A stretch of 38,665 bases of DNA. It comes from Promethearchaeati archaeon (GTDB taxonomy: Archaea > Asgardarchaeota > Heimdallarchaeia > JABLTI01). A model generated the notes under the pieces. That model was given only the letters and a program-made list of their open reading frames with translations, was not told where the DNA came from and made no database searches. The stretch is from assembly GCA_013166835.1 (NCBI GenBank), contig JABLTI010000027.1, positions 1 to 38,665 of the forward strand, read 5' to 3'. The position numbers and the translations under genes were made by a program. This document shows positions 9,315 to 18,485 of this stretch, piece after piece; position 1 is the first letter of the stretch; every line of letters begins with the position of its first letter.

Positions 9315-9455
9315 GGAGTGGTAGTGTAGCCAGGCAGCACGGCAGGCTCCAGAAAAAGTAAACAAAAATACTGACCGTTCGGAATGATGTAATTTTGGAG
9401 CGGTGCTCTCTTTAGAGAAACTTGCTGGTCGGGAGTTCAAATCTCCTCCACTCCA
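9315..9455 (+). tRNA. trnW: tRNA-Trp(CCA) with a 67-nt intron at position 37/38 (9353-9419)
   Basis: Acceptor GGAGTGG/CCACTCC, D-arm GTGT/GCAC, anticodon stem GCAGG/CTTGC with CCA at 9349-9351, T-loop TTCAAAT, relaxed BHB at the intron ends, T-run downstream. Confidence 0.95.
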
Positions 9456-9465
9456 CTTTTTTATC

Positions 9466-9891
9466 TTACTTTTTTGTTCTACTCTTTATTCCCGATCTTT
9501 CTCTTAATTGTGCGAAGTGTCCTATTGCATGGTAGAGATTTTGTATAATTGCTTCTTTTACCGTTGTTTTAACTCCCCATGGGAAAGTAAACTCATCCTC
9601 CAGTTGAGAATCTGTCATTGATTCTATTGCATTAATCATTCTATTAACTGCTCTTTCTAAATCTGCTGTAGGAACATTAGTAGGGACGAATTTTAGTGGT
9701 TCATTTAAGAACCAATTTCCCGCATCTTCAAATATGGCTTGTAATGTATGATTGAACGTTTCCTTTATTGTAAACTCCTTAGGAGTAAGTTTAAAATTCC
9801 AAGCTTTATCATTTTCAATTTTCTTTATAGTCTTATAGGCTATTTTCTTGAAGTATTGCCAAAAATCGATACAGGTTTTGATTTCAGTCAT
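9466..9891 (-). CDS. DinB-like protein
   Basis: TIKETFNH...FTFPWG...HAIGHFAQL pattern; ATG 9891 preferred. Confidence 0.75.
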   Translation of the reverse strand: MTEIKTCIDFWQYFKKIAYKTIKKIENDKAWNFKLTPKEFTIKETFNHTLQAIFEDAGNWFLNEPLKFVPTNVPTADLERAVNRMINAIESMTDSQLEDEFTFPWGVKTTVKEAIIQNLYHAIGHFAQLRERSGIKSRTKK

Positions 9892-9959
9892 TGCCTTCAC
9901 ATTGGAGAATATATACATTCATAGTTATTACTTTTTTTTTCAGCTATAGGTGATAGTCA

Positions 9960-11426
9960 ATGGCTAACGATGAGAGTAATAATAGAGTAGAGAACTTTGG
10001 AAAACCTCCTAGTAGGATTGCTACTCTAGATTTTACTCGAGGATTAGCAATTTTCCTCATGACATTCTTCCACGGGTTTAACCATGTCTTTGATCCTAGT
10101 TGGTTCACAAGTGATCCCAGCGTAATTTTCGATACAATTCACCCAATAGCCATTGCACCAATAGGTTTTCTTGTTTATCTCGGAACTTGGAATTCTTTTT
10201 TCTTATTGGTATCCATAACAGTCAATACTCTAGGCATGGTTAAAAGTGCACAAAAAGGAGCTAATCTCGAGAAAATTCTTTTACGAAGAATAATAACTGG
10301 ATTATTTCTTTTCATCGCTGATTATATTATTGAAGCACTTCTTTACTATGGATATTTTGGAAATGGTATAAAGAATGGTGCTTGGAGTGCCATCTCCAGA
10401 TTTTGGTTGCATTTCTTTGGGATCAGAACTCTGCAAATTATAGCTTGGTCGATAGTCATTACTTCAGTTATTAATTATTTCTTACTGCGTAAGAATGGTC
10501 ATCAAAAGTATGTTCGTAACATGATTATCTTTGGTATACTGGCATTATCTGTTCTTATTTCTACCCAATTTGTTCAGAATGCAGTTGATAACATGCCTTG
10601 GGAATCACCTGCGGGGTATACAGGTGGAGGATGGCCTGATATCGGAATACAAGAGTACAATGCTTCTTTTAGAACGTGGATTTTTGTGCAAATTGCTGGA
10701 GGGCTAGAACCCTTCTTTCCGTATCTCTGTACGTCTTTTGTAGGTGCGATGATTGGTTTAACAGTGTGTTTAGCTAAACCTCCGAAATATATTACGCCAT
10801 TCTTTGGATCTACGGGATTACTAATGATGATTCTTGGAGCTGTTTTAATTGCACTAGGATATCCTATGGTATTCGATACTCGCTCATCGCTGCCAGTGTT
10901 TCTGTTACAATTAGGAGGTCAGATGGGATTACTTATGCTCTTCTTTAGAAGAGTTGAATTTAAAGGTCGCGGAAAGGTTTTTGCGGATAATTGGCTATCA
11001 AGAGAACTACGATTATGGTCTATGGCATCGCTATCAATTTATGCACTAGAGATTTTCGATTTCGTTCCAGCATCTTTTATGAATCTGATTGCAGGACGAT
11101 TCGTTGGGCATAATTTCTTGTTAAGGACATTTAATCAACCTCATCAAATGGGTTATGCTCTTTTGTATGCTTGCTTTTCACTTTTATGTTATATTGGTTT
11201 GATTCGAGTATGGTCTTTGGCTAATTTTACAGGTTCTTTTGAGTGGTTCTTGTTAAGAGTACAAAATGGTTTTAGAAAACCAAAACTCAATCGACTTGAT
11301 GTTGATTTAATCCTAAATAAAACCGGTTGGATCATTTTCGTTGATCAAGCCAGCGATATAAAACAAGTATGGATACATAGAATTCAACAAAAGTTCAAGA
11401 AAACAGATGAAGAAATTTTGCAGTGA
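9960..11426 (+). CDS. Multi-pass membrane acyltransferase-like protein (HGSNAT-catalytic/DUF1624-like)
   Basis: RIATLDFTRGLAIFLMTFFH N-terminal motif, many TM segments, SLSIY and GSFEW C-terminal motifs. Confidence 0.75.
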   Translation: MANDESNNRVENFGKPPSRIATLDFTRGLAIFLMTFFHGFNHVFDPSWFTSDPSVIFDTIHPIAIAPIGFLVYLGTWNSFFLLVSITVNTLGMVKSAQKGANLEKILLRRIITGLFLFIADYIIEALLYYGYFGNGIKNGAWSAISRFWLHFFGIRTLQIIAWSIVITSVINYFLLRKNGHQKYVRNMIIFGILALSVLISTQFVQNAVDNMPWESPAGYTGGGWPDIGIQEYNASFRTWIFVQIAGGLEPFFPYLCTSFVGAMIGLTVCLAKPPKYITPFFGSTGLLMMILGAVLIALGYPMVFDTRSSLPVFLLQLGGQMGLLMLFFRRVEFKGRGKVFADNWLSRELRLWSMASLSIYALEIFDFVPASFMNLIAGRFVGHNFLLRTFNQPHQMGYALLYACFSLLCYIGLIRVWSLANFTGSFEWFLLRVQNGFRKPKLNRLDVDLILNKTGWIIFVDQASDIKQVWIHRIQQKFKKTDEEILQ

Positions 11427-11532
11427 ATACATTATACAAAAAGTTAACAATAAACAAGATTTTGAATAAAAGTCTTTAATGAAGAATCATTTCTTGATGA
11501 TATTTACAATATCAGGAACGATTAAAGCTTTG

Positions 11533-12525
11533 ATGAATGTAGATTTAATGAAGAAAGTAGTCGATGATTTCGATGACGGAAAGGATGTTGTTGGAACCAG
11601 ATTAATTAAAAGATGGAAGCATGATGAAGGAACACTGAAATTATGGCGTGCGAGTTCTAATTTTATCTATGTATTTCGAGAAAATGACAAACGAAAAATA
11701 TTACGAGTCACTCCTGATGCAGAAAGAACAATAGATCTACTTTTAGCTGAAATGGATTTCTCAGATCATTTGAGAAAGAAAGGCATACCAATTCCTGAGC
11801 CAATTCCATCTCAGGATCAAAACAAAATTGAAACGCTAATTACTGATTTCGGAACATTCTATGGAATTGTTATAGATTTCATTGAGGGAGATTGTATTGA
11901 TGATCATAATGATTTCGATGACGAGAGATTCCTAGAATGGGGCAGAATTCTAGCAAGAATACATAAAGCAGCATTAAGCTTTAAACCGAAACCAAAACGT
12001 AGACGAAAAACTTGGGAAGAAGACATAGATATGGCAATAGGCTGGTTGCCACAAGAAGAAAAGGAATTTAGAGAGAAGCTTAAGTCAATTAAAGATTGGA
12101 TTAAATCAATTCCTCAAGATGAGTTTTATGGTTTACTACACTATGATGTAGAACCTGATAATATAATTTGGACAGAGAAATCGTATTATATTATTGATTT
12201 TGATGATGCAGCATATTACCCATTTGTAGCAGATCTTGCATTCGCACTAGAAGAGATTAGAAAAGAAGAACCAGATGTTGAAGGAGAGATGCTTTATAAG
12301 TTCATTAAAGGATACACATCTGTCAAAAGCTTACCAAAAGATTGGGAAAACCAACTAGAACAATTCTTTACTTTGATGGATATCTACAAATACGCTCGAG
12401 TGATACATGCTTATGAGAACACAGAACCTAAAACAGATCGTGAATGGACTCAGAAAATGAGGGAAAGACACCACAAAAGCATGAAGGAAACAAAGAAAAG
12501 ATTGCAGAAAAAATGGAATAATTAG
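11533..12525 (+). CDS. APH/homoserine kinase type II-like phosphotransferase
   Basis: SSNFIY, WGRILARIH, LLHYDVEPDNI catalytic loop, IIDFDD. Confidence 0.9.
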   Translation: MNVDLMKKVVDDFDDGKDVVGTRLIKRWKHDEGTLKLWRASSNFIYVFRENDKRKILRVTPDAERTIDLLLAEMDFSDHLRKKGIPIPEPIPSQDQNKIETLITDFGTFYGIVIDFIEGDCIDDHNDFDDERFLEWGRILARIHKAALSFKPKPKRRRKTWEEDIDMAIGWLPQEEKEFREKLKSIKDWIKSIPQDEFYGLLHYDVEPDNIIWTEKSYYIIDFDDAAYYPFVADLAFALEEIRKEEPDVEGEMLYKFIKGYTSVKSLPKDWENQLEQFFTLMDIYKYARVIHAYENTEPKTDREWTQKMRERHHKSMKETKKRLQKKWNN

Positions 12526-12740
12526 TGCAATCCAATTACCGAATTGTTTTCATGCCTCTTGACCTCAACAAGATAATTGGATTGCGGTTTTTGTCTAGAA
12601 TGAAACCTCCGTGAGCATTCCCCTTCACCGAGTGGTGAAGAAGAGTAGAGTCCGTATTATTAGCCTTCCTCCTGCGACAGAGTTCATCGGAGTTAATTGT
12701 CTAACTCATTCTTTACCTGCAGAGTCTTTCTTGCAGAACA
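12526..12740 (-). ncRNA. Candidate stand-alone structured ncRNA (~210 nt), family unknown
   Basis: Five stems including a perfect 12-bp stem (12527-12538/12574-12585). Two stems extend with G.U pairs only on the minus strand. A TATA-like ATTAAATA with A-rich BRE lies on the minus strand at ~12761-12776. Confidence 0.55.
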
Positions 12741-12961
12741 ATAAACCTTTTTCTTTCTAGTATTTAATTTTTGTCCCGCCACTAAAAAATGAGTTAATTC
12801 CAGATTAGGTAGGACTATAAATATATCCTTGATTCGTTTTTCATTTGGATGTTTTTAAAGAAGAAAGGAAATTATATAAATGAAAAACAGAAATTAAAGC
12901 AGTCGAGAAAAGAAGATTTATATATTGTCCCGAGTCTTAAATAATTGTAGATGTGATATAG

Positions 12962-13552
12962 ATGTCCGAAGAGAAGAAGAAACGAGGTCGCCCAAGAGTT
13001 TACAATACTAATGCTGCGCGAAAAAAGGCATATCGAGAAAGGAAAAAAGCTGAACGAAAAGAATTAGAAGTAGAAATTGAAAAGATGCAAAAAGATTTAG
13101 ATTTTATTCGAAAAGAAATTGAACAAAAAGATCTTACTGATAATCCATTTTTACATTTAACCTATAAAGATTTAAGAAATGCTAGTTTGGAGCAACTAGA
13201 TGAATATTCTAAGGATTTGATAGCTATAATTGGTGGGCAATATTCTCTTTTAAGTCCCCTACAAGTTATCGTTAAGGACATCATAAATCAATATTCAGTG
13301 AAAAAAATAGAGGATTGGAGCGCTTTTAATCCTGATCAAAAAGTAGCCATCGATGTTAGCGGGAAAATACTTGATTTCTATTCCATCATCCAGAATTTGA
13401 CTCTATTGAATTTAATAGACTTAGAACTAAAGAATAGAGGACAAGATAAGAAAATTGATATTGAGCTTTCTGAAATCGAAAAACAAATTTTCGAGTTAGA
13501 AGAAGAATTTGCAGAAAAGAGGAAAGTCAAACTTTACGAAAAAATAGATTAG
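12962..13552 (+). CDS. Putative DNA-binding protein: AT-hook-like KRGRPR, basic region and coiled coil (bZIP-like)
   Basis: KKRGRPR followed by N-AARKKAY-R-ERKKAERKE-L-x6-M-x6-I; second coiled coil at the C-terminus. Confidence 0.6.
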   Translation: MSEEKKKRGRPRVYNTNAARKKAYRERKKAERKELEVEIEKMQKDLDFIRKEIEQKDLTDNPFLHLTYKDLRNASLEQLDEYSKDLIAIIGGQYSLLSPLQVIVKDIINQYSVKKIEDWSAFNPDQKVAIDVSGKILDFYSIIQNLTLLNLIDLELKNRGQDKKIDIELSEIEKQIFELEEEFAEKRKVKLYEKID

Positions 13553-13674
13553 TTTTGCATTATTCTTTTTTTCATTCTTTTTTAGATTCTAAAGCGTTTA
13601 GTATTTTTGCTAGTATATTTTTTATAATAACATTGATAATTTAGTAATAATTATTGAGCTTGATTAAATTGATA

Positions 13675-14505
13675 ATGAAGAATGAAACTGCTATAATCAC
13701 TGGTTCAACTAGTGGCATTGGATTAAGTATTGCTGAAAAATTTCTAGAAGCAGGTTGCAAAGTTACTATTAGTTCTAGAAGTGAAGAGAAAGTGAAGAAG
13801 ACTCTTGCAGAACTAACTAAGAAGTATAAGGACTCTGTCATTGGTTTTGCATGTGATGTTAACGATCCTAAAGCTTTGAAGAAACTCGTTGATAAAACAA
13901 TAGAGAAATTTGGGTCAGTTCGTATACTTATTGCAAATGCTGGAACAAATAGAACTTATGGACCATTTAGCAATTTAACTGCAGACATGGTTAGTAAAGA
14001 TGCAATTACTGTAATTGGAACTAATTTGATTGGGACTCTTAATTCTATTGCAGCAGTTATGCCTCATATGATTCAACAAAAATATGGGAGAATCATCACT
14101 TTATCTGGTGCTGGAGCAGAAAGACCAATGGAGAATATGACCATTTATACAGCTTCTAAGGGAGGTGTCGTAGCATTTTCCAAAAGTCTGGCATTAGAAA
14201 TGTCTCAGAGAGAAGAAGATATAAAAATCAATGTCTTTGCACCAGGAATGATTAAGACAAATCTGGCATCTAATGCCGATCTTGTTCCTAATTGGGGAGT
14301 GGGAGAAGATTATGAAGGCAATTTAGAACTTGCTCATGAATGTCTTGGAACAGACATTGATACTAGTTGTGATAAAGTAATTCCATATGCTTTACCTGAG
14401 CTTAAAGATAATGGGAAAGTATTTCGTGGATTCAAAATAATAAAGATGATTACCGGTGGAATAAAATATCAAAGAAAGATGAAAAAAGCTAGAAAAAGTA
14501 CTTAA
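13675..14505 (+). CDS. Short-chain dehydrogenase/reductase
   Basis: TGSTSGIG, IANAG, YTASK. Confidence 0.95.
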   Translation: MKNETAIITGSTSGIGLSIAEKFLEAGCKVTISSRSEEKVKKTLAELTKKYKDSVIGFACDVNDPKALKKLVDKTIEKFGSVRILIANAGTNRTYGPFSNLTADMVSKDAITVIGTNLIGTLNSIAAVMPHMIQQKYGRIITLSGAGAERPMENMTIYTASKGGVVAFSKSLALEMSQREEDIKINVFAPGMIKTNLASNADLVPNWGVGEDYEGNLELAHECLGTDIDTSCDKVIPYALPELKDNGKVFRGFKIIKMITGGIKYQRKMKKARKST

Positions 14506-14873
14506 AAATCAATCTGATATTTACTGAATCTAGCAAGCCAACCTTCTTTGGTTGGCAATTCTTTGTAAAGTGCTTTACTAAGAGAGACAATGCTTTCCCC
14601 ATCGACAATAACTTCTATGTCTTTTTTAGTAGAGTAATTCTCCATTAAAGCAAGTAAGAAATCATGAATCGCAGTATCAATTCCAGCAACAAGACACTTG
14701 CGAACAAAATCTTTCTCTTCGGGGGAAAAGGGCATTAAACTATCTTGTAGTCTCTGTAATTTTTGGGCTTTGTAAACCCCAGCTAATAATTTATCATAGA
14801 AATCAATAGCGTTGTCTCTAAGATTTGCAATTATAAATTGACCGAATTTATCTAAAGTTTCGTCTGAATCCAT
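14502..14873 (-). CDS. Conserved-looking hypothetical protein
   Basis: 123-aa ORF with LDKFG...RD...GWLARFSKY pattern; its stop overlaps the SDR stop (TTAA). Confidence 0.75.
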   Translation of the reverse strand: MDSDETLDKFGQFIIANLRDNAIDFYDKLLAGVYKAQKLQRLQDSLMPFSPEEKDFVRKCLVAGIDTAIHDFLLALMENYSTKKDIEVIVDGESIVSLSKALYKELPTKEGWLARFSKYQIDF

Positions 14874-15113
14874 TTTACTCAGGAAAAGATATAATCATAT
14901 TTTACTTTTAATCTCTATTATAATCCATATAACACACACGTCATCTACATGTATGACAGTAAAAGAACGGATTTTTTAAGAATAAGTGTTTAATCAGAGA
15001 GAATAGGAGAAAATTAAATATATCTAAATGTGAAACTCCTACTATTCCACTGATATTTCCAGCTATTACAATTATATTGATAGTATTTGACAAACTAAAA
15101 CAGGTTGTAAAAG

Positions 15114-16001
15114 ATGTCTAAAAAATCTAAGAAAAAATTGGTTCTTATTGCTGATTCTGCTTGTGATCTACCAGTAGATATTATAGAACAATATGGCATT
15201 GTTATTCTTCCAATTTCAATCTACTTCCCTGAAGAGACAAGAACTCAATATGTTGATATCACAACAGAAGAGTTTTTCAGAATGATTGATGAGGAGGATT
15301 TATCACCAACTACAGGAGTTCCTTCGCCAAGAGTGTATAAACAAACATTCGATAAAGCTCTTGAGAAACATAATGAAGGAATAATGATTGATATTTCTTG
15401 TGATTTGAGTGGTATCTATAACTATGGTGTAATCTACTCAAAGCAATTTGCAGAAGATAAAATCTCTGTTGTTGATAGCAGGACTGCAACCCTTCCATTA
15501 GGACTTATAGTTCTAAAGGCAGCTAGAATGATTGAGGAAGGATTAACAAAAGAAGAAGTCCTTAAGAAACTCAAAAAGATTATTCCTAAAATCCAACTGA
15601 ATGCTTTTGTTGGTAATTTGAAATACTTGAAACGATCAGGAAGAATATCTACTTTAAAGCATATCCTTGGGAATTTAATGCAGTATAAACCACTAATTTC
15701 TATTATGGATGGAAAAATAGTTTCTCCCACACGTGTCCGAGGTGAAGCTGCAACAATGGAATTTATGAAAAATTTAGGAGATAAAGTTCTGAAAGCTTTA
15801 CCTAAAAATGAGACAATTGTTGTTATGCACTCACGCAATTTTGAAAAAGCAGAAGAGTTAGCCAAGTATTTAGAAAACTCAAACAAGAAGAAAATTGAGA
15901 TTCTTATTTGGGAAATTGGTCCTGCAATTGGTGTCCATGTTGGTCCTGGTGTTATTGGATTAACTTGGGCTGGCAAAACAGCTGATGAGTTACTAAAGTA
16001 G
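15114..16001 (+). CDS. DegV family fatty-acid-binding protein
   Basis: IADSACDL, ISCDLSG, VDSR, YLKRSGRI, GPAIGVHVGPG. Confidence 0.95.
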   Translation: MSKKSKKKLVLIADSACDLPVDIIEQYGIVILPISIYFPEETRTQYVDITTEEFFRMIDEEDLSPTTGVPSPRVYKQTFDKALEKHNEGIMIDISCDLSGIYNYGVIYSKQFAEDKISVVDSRTATLPLGLIVLKAARMIEEGLTKEEVLKKLKKIIPKIQLNAFVGNLKYLKRSGRISTLKHILGNLMQYKPLISIMDGKIVSPTRVRGEAATMEFMKNLGDKVLKALPKNETIVVMHSRNFEKAEELAKYLENSNKKKIEILIWEIGPAIGVHVGPGVIGLTWAGKTADELLK

Positions 16002-16030
16002 AAAAAAGAAAAAAAAGGATAGATGAAGGA

Positions 16031-16573
16031 TTAATTATCTGAAAGCTCATCTATCTTGTTCAATCTTCCGCCAATGCGACCAGTAATAGTATCGAGGATT
16101 AATGCAGCTCCGCCAATGATGGCACCAAAGAGTAAGCTGAGTTTTGGTAGATAATTTGTAATAACAGTATTGATATCGTAAGTATTGTAAATGTCAGTTA
16201 TTTTTGCATCCAGTAGTTGCCCTAAACTCGAAGCACTATCAATACTCAGGAAATCAAGTAAAGATGCTATTGTTGTATTAATATCAAGAGAAGCATCCCA
16301 CCAAGCTTGAACTTTCGCTCGAAGGACGAAATAGAAGAACAAGACAATACCAACAAAAACAATTAAGCCAGTAAATCCACCGGCTAACATTCCAGGGAAT
16401 TTATCTTGAGCAATGAAGCCAGCAACAAATCCACCAATTGCACAACCAAGAACCGCAAGAATAAGAGCTAACCACCAGGCTACTTGAAGACCACCGTAAA
16501 TTAATCCAATTGCTGCTCCAGCACTAACTAAGCTGCCAATTATACCACCGATTATTATTCTAATCAACGACAT
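16031..16573 (-). CDS. Gly-rich membrane protein (about 4 TM)
   Basis: Hydrophobic helices with GxxxG motifs (AIGGFVAG, AIIGGAA). Confidence 0.75.
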   Translation of the reverse strand: MSLIRIIIGGIIGSLVSAGAAIGLIYGGLQVAWWLALILAVLGCAIGGFVAGFIAQDKFPGMLAGGFTGLIVFVGIVLFFYFVLRAKVQAWWDASLDINTTIASLLDFLSIDSASSLGQLLDAKITDIYNTYDINTVITNYLPKLSLLFGAIIGGAALILDTITGRIGGRLNKIDELSDN

Positions 16574-16723
16574 TTTAAACACAGATAATTAATAACAATT
16601 TGATTAATAAATTTTCATTATAGAAGTTTAAATTCAGTGATTTCTTGGATAATATTTTTAGTTCCAGATTTACGCATGTAAATTATCAATCTATAATTAG
16701 ATTGATTGGAGGGAACCCGAAAC

Positions 16724-17505
16724 ATGAGAAGAAAAAAAATTATAGCAATTAGTCTATTTGTTTTTGTATTCGCATTTATGCCAATTACTATCGTAAACGC
16801 TTGTCAACCTCCACTTCCACCTGAGATTACTATATAGCAAGTAGTACGAATTTCACACCTGATAGAACTTTGATTTTGGATCAGTTAACTGAAGATGCTG
16901 CACGATGTGGCATTAAGTTGAATATTGAACTCATAAGCTACTATGATATTATACCGAAATTGTTTGCCGGTGATTATGATTTAATAATGTTCATAACTTT
17001 AGCTTGGTATCAACCAGCTTCATTTGATACGATATTTTTCTATCTTGATTATTACTATGGAGATTCCAATCTCTGGAATTATCACAATGAAGTCTTAAAG
17101 ACAAAAATACAAGAGATGAAAGATTTCTACTATAATGGATTTGAAGCTGAAGCTATCGAGGTATTCCACGAAATCGAATTAATCATATATGAAGAACAAC
17201 CCAGCCTTGCATTATGTTACCACTTAGACACAATGTTAATTCATACACATCAAATAATAGTTAATAGTCATCTGGACAGACCTGGTAAAGATATTGCAAT
17301 TAGGAAAGCATTAACTTTCTTAATTGATCGTGAACTCTACACTTCCGCTATACAAACATCCAGTATATATACAATTTACCAAACTAGTCATTTGTTTGGT
17401 TGGTCACAATATCATGATACTACTCTTCCAGAAATAGATCACTCTATTGGAAAAGCAACAAGTACATTGGCACATGCAGGATTTAAACCAAGAGCAATAA
17501 AGTAA
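16724..17505 (+). pseudogene. Minimal family-5 ABC substrate-binding-like protein; signal peptide out of frame (frameshift near 16832)
   Basis: ATG 16724 gives signal-peptide-like MRRKKIIAISLFVFVFAFMPITIVNAC..., stopping at TAG 16835-16837; another frame gives YIASSTN...CGIKLNI...GDYDL...IRKALTFLIDR...LAHAGF. Confidence 0.65.
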
Positions 17506-17524
17506 ATACTCTTGATTCTTTTTT

Positions 17525-18457
17525 TTATAAAATTGTTTCAATAAATTGTATAATTCTCTCTATTACTATTTCTTTTTCCGAACCAAAAAGAATAGTATGA
17601 ATAGAGTTTGCTGCAAAATAATCTTCTTTGATCTTGCTTTTAACCAACTCATGAATCTTCTCGGCATTGTATAGTGGAACACGATCATCCAATCCTGCAG
17701 TAATGGTGAGGATGGGTGCTGTTACATTCTGTATTTCCTCTCTTGCAACTTCCATTAAATCCAACATATGTTCAACTGCTTTTAAGGCAGAAACACGATA
17801 ATTTAACATGCTATTTTTCTCCATGAGTTCAATTTCTTTTTTTCTTCTTGGGAAATATTTCAATAAATCTGCGACTAAAAATATATAATCTTGCATGAAA
17901 TACTCGACTTTTATAGGAGCACATAATGTGACTATAGCATCGACAGTTTCATGTGCTGCTAAAATAAGAGATAAGGTTGCGCCCATAGAGTGACCGATTA
18001 GTATTATTTTTTTACAATATTGCTTAATGAAATCATAACTTTCCTTTACTGATTTGTACCAATCTAGCATATCTGTTTGAGCTAAATCAGCTGGACTTGT
18101 TCCATGACCTGCAAGAAGAACTCCAAAGGTAGAATAACCAAATTGCTCATGAAGAAGCAGTCCAAGATCATTCATTTCTTGAGCAGTGGAAGAAAAACCA
18201 TGTACTAAAATAATTCCAACATCATTCCCTTTAAAGAAAAAAGGACCAGCATTGTCTCTTATATTTCGCTCCACTTTTTCAGGGGCTAAATTATCTATTG
18301 CTGCTAGTACGGATTCCATTGGTAAGGAAGAGGAGACAAAAGATTTTGAATCTCTACGAAGAAAACTAATAGTAAATGAATTCAACCATGAAAGCATTTC
18401 TTTATAGGGCGAGAATACATTAGAAATAATCTGTTTTCTTGATGGTTTTTTCGACAT
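17525..18457 (-). CDS. Carboxylesterase/monoacylglycerol lipase-like alpha/beta hydrolase
   Basis: VHGFSS, LAGHG, GHSMG nucleophile, DDRV, C-terminal His. Confidence 0.9.
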   Translation of the reverse strand: MSKKPSRKQIISNVFSPYKEMLSWLNSFTISFLRRDSKSFVSSSLPMESVLAAIDNLAPEKVERNIRDNAGPFFFKGNDVGIILVHGFSSTAQEMNDLGLLLHEQFGYSTFGVLLAGHGTSPADLAQTDMLDWYKSVKESYDFIKQYCKKIILIGHSMGATLSLILAAHETVDAIVTLCAPIKVEYFMQDYIFLVADLLKYFPRRKKEIELMEKNSMLNYRVSALKAVEHMLDLMEVAREEIQNVTAPILTITAGLDDRVPLYNAEKIHELVKSKIKEDYFAANSIHTILFGSEKEIVIERIIQFIETIL

Positions 18458-18485
18458 ATAAAATCCTCATCAAAATCTAAATTTT

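Noticed and set aside
9315-9455. Global TGA/TAG reassignment or a suppressor tRNA-Trp
   Set aside because: Many genes end at TGA or TAG at family-typical positions, and the anticodon is standard CCA.
9430-9460. tRNA 3' end as the attachment site of an integrated element
   Set aside because: No second copy of the tRNA end and no integrase seen in the window.
12585-12690. RNase P or SRP RNA (GGAGGAAGG on the minus strand)
   Set aside because: No P4-forming partner or conserved region V, and no SRP helix-8 motif.
3504-13841. ORFs 3504-3713, 7205-7486, 13641-13841
   Set aside because: Antisense to the nitroreductase, PTE and SDR genes.
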